Shown here: in pieces, positions 56,662 to 64,000 of the stretch | How positions within the stretch are numbered: position 1 is the first letter of the stretch | Layout of the letters: the number at the start of each line of letters is the position of its first letter | Sequence record: OV032902.1 | Strand: one strand, 5' to 3' | DNA: 64,000 nt | Position numbers and translations under genes: made by a program | Notes under the pieces: model-generated | Database searches by the model: none | What the model was told of the DNA's origin: nothing | The model's input: only the letters and a program-made list of their open reading frames with translations

Positions 56662-57561
56662 TTAACTTACGTTTAGTGGTTTGATGAAGAACTTACCTGC
56701 CTTGGTAGTCAATGCGCGTAGAACTACTCGTCCTGTATCGATGCGATATGACAGCGTCACGTTCATCCCACCGATGTTATTCGGAGTTAGTTGTTGAAGG
56801 TCACCCAAGTTATTGTGATGAGCCATAGTACAAACGGTAGACCAAGTACCTGAATCATCATCAGGAACGAAACGAACTTGTGCAACACCGAAGTCGCCTG
56901 CCATGTTCACAAAGATGTCCGTTACCGTGTTAGCGGCAATAGGTGTCTCTGTAAGACGAGTAGCAATGAAGTCGTTTACATCGGTTTCTAGTGTACCTAG
57001 ACGAGAGTCTAACTGGGTTACCTTAGGACCTAGGTTATCGTCAGAAGTATATGGATTAGCAATCGACGCACGTAAGCGAGAGATTTCTTGAACTAATAGT
57101 TCTGCTAGTCCATGTTCTGCAAACTTAGGATTACGAGCAATCGTTTCCCAATAAGCTTGCTGACCACGAATACTTAACCAGCTTCGTAATTGGTTACGCT
57201 GAAGATCTGTACGACCTAGGATTTCTTGTAGAAGATATTCGTCTTCATACATACCTACTGCTTGGTACGTCAAACGGATTTGCGTTTGAGTGTCCAATAG
57301 AAGAATGTAGGTCACTGCATCTTTCGATGTGGATGCCGATATACCTAAGTAGACCGGAGAGTAAACGTAATCTTTCTGTTCTTCTAGCTCTACCCAGATG
57401 CCGCCTTGTAGGGCTTCAACTTTCATGTCTTCTGCATAAACAGGACCATGTAGAGGAAAGACAGAGATGTCTACGTTTGTGTTAACATTGTGGACTTCGT
57501 TAACAATACGGTTTGCAGCCGCTTGACCGGTAGGGTCGTATGCATAGTTATTAGCTGGCAT
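56662..57561 (-). CDS. phiKZ-like virion structural (baseplate) protein
   Basis: YAYDPTGQAAANRIVNEVH start, P.HGP.Y, DYVYSP, LTYQAVG. Confidence 0.7.
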   Translation of the reverse strand: MPANNYAYDPTGQAAANRIVNEVHNVNTNVDISVFPLHGPVYAEDMKVEALQGGIWVELEEQKDYVYSPVYLGISASTSKDAVTYILLLDTQTQIRLTYQAVGMYEDEYLLQEILGRTDLQRNQLRSWLSIRGQQAYWETIARNPKFAEHGLAELLVQEISRLRASIANPYTSDDNLGPKVTQLDSRLGTLETDVNDFIATRLTETPIAANTVTDIFVNMAGDFGVAQVRFVPDDDSGTWSTVCTMAHHNNLGDLQQLTPNNIGGMNVTLSYRIDTGRVVLRALTTKAGKFFIKPLNVS

Positions 57562-57571
57562 TTCCTACTCC

Positions 57572-58561
57572 TTAGTTGCTGACACGCATAATTGTCAAAG
57601 ATGAGCCACCGCCCTCACGTGCAATGTAAAAGTGAGGAGCTAAAGATTTAGTTACGCGCACTTGCTGTTTAATTACCGCGCCAGCAGGCAAGGAAACAAA
57701 ACAACTATGCAAGTAACTTTCTGTAACCACGCCGCCGTCAACTAAGAATCGTTGTTGATGGGTATTATCATGATCATCTAGTGGAGCATGATTGATGTGG
57801 TTCTTAATGTCATAGCGACCATCTACAGGGACGGTTACAGTTAGACCGGTATCTGTCCAGTCATTGACATTCATTGCACCCAGGTTAACTTGAACGTTAC
57901 CAGGGAAGTAATGCTGCTCGTGGGCAAGAGTCATGTTAAGAGTCTTAGCCGCAAGCGTGCCATTTAAGTTACTCAGTGCATTAAGCAAAGGAGTAATAAA
58001 GGCAGTGTCCAAATCTGTCACGTCACCTAGCGTTAGGCTATTGAACGGGTCTGCAAGGACATCGCGAATATCCTGCATGATTTGGATAACATCAGCTACA
58101 GCATCTAAGTCAGTAAGAGGCTGCGTATGGAAAGTTGGTGGGAACGTAGGAGGTACGCCAACCAAGTCAGTCCAGTCGATGTTAATAAGAGAGTTAAGTG
58201 TATCAAAGCCGTTAGCGATTGCTTGAGTAGTACTCGTTACGAAATCACCACCTAGCGTTTGATAGTTGATAATGAAGCGTCCAGTTCTATTCGGGTCCAA
58301 GAAAGCAAACGAACCATAGACCCCTAGGGCCAGGTTATCTTCTGCCTCCTGAAACTTATGCGAGAGAACATAGTCAGTACCTTCTACAAGGAACTTGTTA
58401 CTGGTCTCATCGAATACCGTTAGAGTGGTAGCAAAGAACGGTGCGTTAACAGGAACAATGTAGTTTAGGTTAATGCCGTTAATGGAGTTAACCTCTTGAA
58501 CTTCATTCAAGATTTTATTGTTCGGGTTTACGCCTCGCTGGTCAAATGGAAAAATAGCCAT
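57572..58561 (-). CDS. phiKZ-like virion structural (baseplate) protein
   Basis: FPFDQRGVNPNNKILNE start, APFF, EGTDY, YQTLGG, W..L.GVPPTFPP..HTQP. Confidence 0.72.
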   Translation of the reverse strand: MAIFPFDQRGVNPNNKILNEVQEVNSINGINLNYIVPVNAPFFATTLTVFDETSNKFLVEGTDYVLSHKFQEAEDNLALGVYGSFAFLDPNRTGRFIINYQTLGGDFVTSTTQAIANGFDTLNSLINIDWTDLVGVPPTFPPTFHTQPLTDLDAVADVIQIMQDIRDVLADPFNSLTLGDVTDLDTAFITPLLNALSNLNGTLAAKTLNMTLAHEQHYFPGNVQVNLGAMNVNDWTDTGLTVTVPVDGRYDIKNHINHAPLDDHDNTHQQRFLVDGGVVTESYLHSCFVSLPAGAVIKQQVRVTKSLAPHFYIAREGGGSSLTIMRVSN

Positions 58562-58702
58562 CTTGCGATGCTCCTAAATTTTTTGCAAAAAATCTATCTA
58601 TAGTCGGTTGGTAGCGTCCCACCGTAATTACCGCTATAGCTCATTTAATTTGTCAGGCAAGTATTGCATTAATTTTATAGATTTAAACCGAGGGAAATCA
58701 AC

Positions 58703-59914
58703 ATGTACACTTTGCAACGAAGCTATGTTTTTGATGACGTGTTTCAAACATGGTCACGTAAAGATCTTAGCTTATTCAAAATCAGTGAGATTATGGAAAT
58801 CCCAGACTTCAAACTTGTCTTAACGACTGCTGAAGACCCAGACGAAGAATTCGTAGTCATGAAACAAACTCTGACTGAATGGCACAGTGACTTCGTTGGT
58901 CGTTTCGCTTTATCGATTTGGCTCAGTACTTTTACTGAAGACTTGTTAGTAAGATCTGATCGTCCTGTTAAACTTCCTGATATCAAATATCTAGAAAGCC
59001 GCGAGCTATTCCGAACCGGTGCCCGTGTAATCAACGTTAATGTTATCGGTGATGACTTAGAAGTTAAAGCACGTCGTACCCCTGAACAACAATACGGTAC
59101 ACTCTACTTCCACAGAAACTGTCTAGCGGTTATCAATCGCCGAGTCTATAAGTTTGACGAATATCTAGAAGACGTCTATATCTATCATGGTGCTACTCGC
59201 CTAAGAGAAGACGACGACTACGCAGTCAACGTTCTGGACTTTGGTGACTTAGGTGGCGTGGGTCATACATGGGTTCGTGAAGACCAGGTAACTGACTTAA
59301 CCAATGATGACGACCGTCAGAATAACAACATTCGCTTTCGAGTTGTTTTAGATGAAGACGTAATAGGTAAGACTCCATTTGTTGTTGTCGGTGGTGACCT
59401 TAATCTACTTAACGATACTATCTTCCAAGCAGACGCAAGAACGTTCGTTATTACCTTAGACCGAGAGAAGCTAATCAAGCAAGTATTCAAGGATAAGGTT
59501 CAGGGAGAGAAACTAGACTTTATCTATAATGCCAATATCCGTGGCGGTGGCTTACGAGAAGATACATTAGACATCGCTAAGCTTATGGCTCATTGGTCAA
59601 GCTTTATGGGTTGGGTTAACTTTACTAATCTACTTGTTCGTGTAGAGCATATACCTCAGCCTCGTACACCTGACATGTATCAGTTCTATCGCTATCCTAA
59701 AGGAATGATTCATTTCTCCGACGGCGAGATTGCACAGCCTACTATCTTTGACTACAATCAACATCTATGTTCTTTCATGATTAAGAACACAGTAGAAAAA
59801 GACTGGATGATGAATCACCAGAATTGGGACGAGACTGTAGCTAAGACACAGACGGGTGCCAGTCAGCCGTTTAGAATACGCGATATCTATGTTCGTGATA
59901 TTTATTGGTTCTAG
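58703..59914 (+). CDS. Probable virion structural protein
   Basis: GAGG RBS, 403 aa, divergent from the baseplate genes; assignment by context and weak recall only. Confidence 0.5.
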   Translation: MYTLQRSYVFDDVFQTWSRKDLSLFKISEIMEIPDFKLVLTTAEDPDEEFVVMKQTLTEWHSDFVGRFALSIWLSTFTEDLLVRSDRPVKLPDIKYLESRELFRTGARVINVNVIGDDLEVKARRTPEQQYGTLYFHRNCLAVINRRVYKFDEYLEDVYIYHGATRLREDDDYAVNVLDFGDLGGVGHTWVREDQVTDLTNDDDRQNNNIRFRVVLDEDVIGKTPFVVVGGDLNLLNDTIFQADARTFVITLDREKLIKQVFKDKVQGEKLDFIYNANIRGGGLREDTLDIAKLMAHWSSFMGWVNFTNLLVRVEHIPQPRTPDMYQFYRYPKGMIHFSDGEIAQPTIFDYNQHLCSFMIKNTVEKDWMMNHQNWDETVAKTQTGASQPFRIRDIYVRDIYWF

Positions 59915-59931
59915 GAAAAAAAAGAAAAAAG

Positions 59932-59963
59932 CTACCGACCCCGCGAGGGGCCGGTAGTCTTTT
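59932..59963. terminator. Bidirectional terminator
   Basis: CTACCGACCCC-GCGA-GGGGCCGGTAG flanked by A and T tracts between convergent genes. Confidence 0.8.
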
Positions 59964-62442
59964 ATGCTAACATGATATTCTCGTTAAAGGCTTGCTGAGG
60001 TATACCGATGTTGTCAGGATTCATTACCACCAAATCTGCATTAGTGAAACCGCCATACTCAGAAGCATAGTGGGATACCAAGTAGATTGATTTAAATTCA
60101 CCTGTGTCAACGAGTTCTCGGATGTATCTCATAAAGTTGCCACGATGGAGACTATCCATATTTGCCGATGTTTCGTCCAGTAAAAGAGGGAAAGATTCCA
60201 GTTCTAACTGGCGCATGATAACTAAGGTCATTGCGAAATTAACAATTTCTTTTTGACCCTCTGAGAGGTCCTTGATATCAGGCCCTTCTCTGCCTTCGAT
60301 TTGAGTCATGAACTTAAAGTCCAGAGTTTTGCCGAATTCCGGCGGAACAAGCAGCAGTTCTTTTTCCCAAACCTCGTCTATGATTTCATTGATTGATAAA
60401 GATACATTTGTAATCACAGCGTGCAGTTGTTGACCAACGATTCCTTTCTTAGAGCTTAAACAGTGAAGCAAAATTTCCAGTGTTTGCTTGCGGCTAACCA
60501 GTCCTTTCTCTTCTTCCTGTAGCTCTTCAAGTTTAGTAGTAACGAGACGATAATCATTGATAGTCTTGTTCATTTCCGCCAATCTATCCTGCTTGTGTCT
60601 AACAAGCGAATTAACGTTCTCGTCTACAATATCATCTGAGAGTTTAGTTATCAAACTTTCATATTGCGGGACATACTTGTCGTTAAGTAGATTCATGTAC
60701 TGTTCCATCTCCGTGAATATAGTACGAATCTGACAGTAGTGTTTGAACTCCTCTTCGAGCATCTGCTTTTGCTTATAGAACCCGTCGAGTTCAGTTTCAA
60801 CTTGTTTGAACCGGTCTAGTACTTTTTCTTTACCGGACGTCTTCATCAAGCTCAATACGAACTCTTTGTCTTCAATGGTCTTTTGTAACTCAGCTCTGTG
60901 AATAGCGGTTTTTGCATCACAGTGTTCCGCGTGCACCTTTGCGATTACTTCTTTTGTAAACTCAATGACGTACTTCGGACCTTCGCTTGCGAATACCTTT
61001 CGAGCGAGGGGGTATCGATTGGCTAATTCGCGTACATGATTTAAAGACTTGCGATAGTAGTCTTGCGATTCGAGTGTTTCCTTAACGGCTTTGATACCGT
61101 CTTCGGCTTGAGCCATAGCTTTGTCCGCTTTTGCTTTCATTTCCTTAAGGACAGCGATGCGTTCTTCAGTTAAAGCTCCTGATGCCAGAATCTCCTCATC
61201 ACACTTAGGACACTTAATGTTTCCTTCGCGTGCTGCCTCAGCATGAGATATTTTCATACCCACAGCGTCAGAGAAAGATTTCGCTTTTTGATACTTGGCA
61301 TTCAGTTCTTGATGTAACTCGTCAGTTTGCTTGACTTCATCTTGCGTGAAGAACTTTGGCACTTCTGGAAATACTTCCATGTAATGAAGCAATGCCGAAT
61401 GGCAAGCCAATAGTTCATCGACGTAGTTCTGTAAGTTATCTATTTCCAAAGACACTTCTGGTAGGGCGTTGAGTTGCGAGCGCAGTAAATCAAGTTCTGC
61501 TTCGTATTGCTCTCGGCTAGATTGCACAGGTAAGTTTGCAAACTTGGCCGCCTGCTCTTCCAATTTGGAGTGTTCTTGCAGGTGCTCTCCTATTTTTGTT
61601 TCAACATCAGCTAGACGTGCTTGTGCAACGCTTGCGACATCCACCAATTGGTTTTTGTCTTGCACACGTACGCCGTTTCTGAGACGGTACTCTGGCATTA
61701 GCTCTTTCAGCTTCTTGTGTAGTTTATTGTACTGACGATACAGTCCTTCTATCTTCTTAGACAGATTCAACAACTCAGACTTGGTTCCGGCCTTGTCTAC
61801 AGAGAAGTTGGTTTTAGGAATCAAAGAAGTAAGTTCGTCATGGAGAATTTTAGCTTTCTCTTCTAACTCATCTACACTATCCATAGCAGCAAGCTGTTTC
61901 GCAGTATCGGAATACTTAGACGCTAGGTGTTTTAAAGCGCCAACGATATCACGGTGAACAACACGGATTTTATCGAAGCAATCAATAGCGTAATCCAGCT
62001 CCAGCCCAGAAATCATTACCAGCAAGTCTTTGCGTGCATTAGGAGACATCTCCGTAAATGCTAACTTACCGGTTAAAAGTTTATGATGGAAAGCAGTATA
62101 GCCTAAATGACTTTCTGTTAACTGCTTTTGAACAGCGGATGTTCCGCCAGGGTTTAGGTTCTCGCCATCTACCCAGAACTCATGATGTGGTGCACCACCT
62201 TTATAGTGGCTGACTAGACGATATTGTTTTTCATGGAATGTCGCTTCTAGTTCACGCACGCCGCCTTTCATGAAGTCACTTTTGTCAAGAGGTGCTAACG
62301 ATAATGCTCGAAGCAATGATGATTTGCCTGAACCGTTTGTACCTATAATAATTTGTAGCAATGCTTTAGGAGTATAGGTTACTTGCATGGTTCCACAAAA
62401 CGTTAGTGGAATGTAACCATACAGATAAAGTTTACTAATCAT
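59962..62442 (-). CDS. sbcC: SbcC / Rad50-like SMC ATPase
   Basis: Walker A GTNGSGKSS, long coiled coil with CPKC hook, signature LSEGQ, Walker B LLLDE, VSH; start moved to ATG 62442. Confidence 0.92.
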   Translation of the reverse strand: MISKLYLYGYIPLTFCGTMQVTYTPKALLQIIIGTNGSGKSSLLRALSLAPLDKSDFMKGGVRELEATFHEKQYRLVSHYKGGAPHHEFWVDGENLNPGGTSAVQKQLTESHLGYTAFHHKLLTGKLAFTEMSPNARKDLLVMISGLELDYAIDCFDKIRVVHRDIVGALKHLASKYSDTAKQLAAMDSVDELEEKAKILHDELTSLIPKTNFSVDKAGTKSELLNLSKKIEGLYRQYNKLHKKLKELMPEYRLRNGVRVQDKNQLVDVASVAQARLADVETKIGEHLQEHSKLEEQAAKFANLPVQSSREQYEAELDLLRSQLNALPEVSLEIDNLQNYVDELLACHSALLHYMEVFPEVPKFFTQDEVKQTDELHQELNAKYQKAKSFSDAVGMKISHAEAAREGNIKCPKCDEEILASGALTEERIAVLKEMKAKADKAMAQAEDGIKAVKETLESQDYYRKSLNHVRELANRYPLARKVFASEGPKYVIEFTKEVIAKVHAEHCDAKTAIHRAELQKTIEDKEFVLSLMKTSGKEKVLDRFKQVETELDGFYKQKQMLEEEFKHYCQIRTIFTEMEQYMNLLNDKYVPQYESLITKLSDDIVDENVNSLVRHKQDRLAEMNKTINDYRLVTTKLEELQEEEKGLVSRKQTLEILLHCLSSKKGIVGQQLHAVITNVSLSINEIIDEVWEKELLLVPPEFGKTLDFKFMTQIEGREGPDIKDLSEGQKEIVNFAMTLVIMRQLELESFPLLLDETSANMDSLHRGNFMRYIRELVDTGEFKSIYLVSHYASEYGGFTNADLVVMNPDNIGIPQQAFNENIMLA

Positions 62443-62506
62443 TGTCTTAATCCCTTTAAATTCTCTATACGAATTATGTAGGTTATTAAAATAGAAGGAT
62501 ATTCCA

Positions 62507-63328
62507 ATGGGACCTGTAGTCCGAAGGATTTCTCGTGGAGTGGTAGCCGTCAACAAAGAACGTGATAGCGATATCATTTCTGCTTGGCCTATTGACCTCC
62601 TACCTGAAATAGATGACGACTTGACCGATGCTCAAGAAGTTGTCGAAATCAAAACAATAGATGACATGGGCAAGCCCGTGTATTACAAATCTAAACGTAG
62701 TGCCGTGATGAAGAATCTTAAATGGGGTGGCGAAACAAACCGTGACACTTCTCCTGATGTTCGTCGTGGTGAACGTATTGAGATTTACCAAATCGGTGAT
62801 GATGACAGATACTACTGGACTAGTGCTGGTTTAGATGATCACCTACGTCGCCTAGAAACGATTGTGCGCACTTGTAATGCTAACCCTAGCAATGATATCC
62901 CTAATGACGATACAAACGTTTATCGTGAAGAATGGAGCGGCCACGACGGACACATTACTCTAGTGACCACACAGGCCAATGGCGAAGCTGCCGCATGGAC
63001 ACGTCAGTACAACTGTACCGACGGTATCTATATCGTAGAAGATGAGAAAGGTAATATCATCTATGTAGATAGTGTGAATACCGACATCATGATTCGCAAT
63101 GCGGAAGGCACATACATCCAAGCCGTAAAAGACACAATCAACATGAAATGTGTTAACTGGAATGTGGATGCCGAAAACATTAAGATTAATTCCAAGCAAA
63201 CTTCGTGGAGCAATAGCGATGGTTGGACTCTCAACACTGGTACGTTTACAGCATCTGCTGGTCAAAGCGCTACCCTCAAAGCTGGCGGAACTGTTACTAT
63301 CAATGGTTCTTCTGTTGCAATTAACTAA
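62507..63328 (+). CDS. Baseplate central spike (gp5/VgrG-like, phiKZ gp164-type)
   Basis: OB-like N-terminus (SPDVRRGERIEIY), C-terminal beta-helix repeats, PAAR gene two ORFs downstream. Confidence 0.7.
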   Translation: MGPVVRRISRGVVAVNKERDSDIISAWPIDLLPEIDDDLTDAQEVVEIKTIDDMGKPVYYKSKRSAVMKNLKWGGETNRDTSPDVRRGERIEIYQIGDDDRYYWTSAGLDDHLRRLETIVRTCNANPSNDIPNDDTNVYREEWSGHDGHITLVTTQANGEAAAWTRQYNCTDGIYIVEDEKGNIIYVDSVNTDIMIRNAEGTYIQAVKDTINMKCVNWNVDAENIKINSKQTSWSNSDGWTLNTGTFTASAGQSATLKAGGTVTINGSSVAIN

Positions 63329-63337
63329 GGACGAGTC

Positions 63338-63940
63338 ATGGCATTACCAGGAACCGTCACAGCGTCAAGTAACCCATTTATAATCTCTGGTTCTCCCGTC
63401 GAGAATCCTCTCCTATTCCAACTAGCGGAGACTTCTGTAATAGACGACCAATATATCGTCTTTACTGTAGAAGAAGACGCAGGGACCGGAGGAGGGCCTC
63501 CTATGGCAAGATCAGGTGACGGAGACGATGGGGGAGGAGAAACTGGACCACCTGAGTTTCAGTTTACTCCCAAGAGCGTTAAGGTTACTACGAATGTTCC
63601 TACCGGACTAACTATAGAAGAAGACGGCGAGGCTATATTGTCGGGCAAGTATTCTAATGGTTTGTTCGGGGGAGCTACATTACAGTATCTAACCAACGAT
63701 TTAGAAATAGTTACTATTAACTCATGGGACGATTTACCAGAGAGCTATTTCTCTTTACTCAGATTCCAAGATACTTCTGTTCGAAGTGTTATGGCTGAGT
63801 TCACTGTTACCGCTATCATAGAACAGGATGACTTAGGTGAGATTACCGAGATAGTCATGACTGAGACTTGGACACAGGAAGTAACCAATAACTGGGACGC
63901 TGGTAACCAAGCACTAAAGGAGGCTACCGGAAATGGGTAA
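63338..63940 (+). CDS. Hypothetical acidic virion-region protein
   Basis: AAGGA RBS; Gly/Pro-rich linker; lies between spike and PAAR. Confidence 0.65.
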   Translation: MALPGTVTASSNPFIISGSPVENPLLFQLAETSVIDDQYIVFTVEEDAGTGGGPPMARSGDGDDGGGETGPPEFQFTPKSVKVTTNVPTGLTIEEDGEAILSGKYSNGLFGGATLQYLTNDLEIVTINSWDDLPESYFSLLRFQDTSVRSVMAEFTVTAIIEQDDLGEITEIVMTETWTQEVTNNWDAGNQALKEATGNG

Positions 63941-64000
63941 ACCTGCTGCTATGGGAACACAACCTACCACGGGTCATGGTTGTTATCCTCCAACGACTGT
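63933..64000 (+). CDS. PAAR-like spike tip protein (partial)
   Basis: MGKPAAMGTQPTTGHGCYPPTT, with AGGAGG RBS; absent from the ORF track. Confidence 0.8.
   Translation, partial: MGKPAAMGTQPTTGHGCYPPTT

Overview
64 kb of a large lytic dsDNA phage genome, most likely a phiKZ-related (Chimalliviridae-like) jumbo myophage of a Vibrio-like gammaproteobacterial host. Evidence: phiKZ-type TATATTAC early promoters, phiKZ-like internal-head and baseplate paralogues, an SbcC / spike / PAAR block and a Vibrionaceae-type ThyA. No shell, tubulin or RNA polymerase gene lies in the window, so nucleus formation cannot be confirmed. 1-13 kb: DNA and nucleotide metabolism (NAD-dependent ligase, NADAR, Tmk, NrdA split by a group I intron with an HNH endonuclease, NrdB). 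13-23 kb: a DUF285/BspA-repeat protein, membrane-anchored ORFs and the standout feature, a two-gene RNA repair operon. It pairs a bacterial Pnkp/Hen1-type RNA ligase with a single 726-aa protein fusing Hen1 (ligase activator + 2'-O-methyltransferase) to a T4-Pnkp-like kinase and HAD phosphatase. 24-31 kb: early accessory genes punctuated by a repeated covarying hairpin element, including three signal-peptide proteins. 32-45 kb: head paralogues, Orn-like exonuclease, PhoH, ThyA, MazG-like NTP-PPase, C39-like peptidase. 45-64 kb: tail fibre, adhesin and baseplate genes, SbcC, spike and a partial PAAR gene. All assignments are by motif recognition only; no database search was run, and several starts were moved from the ORF track to the ATG with a ribosome-binding site.
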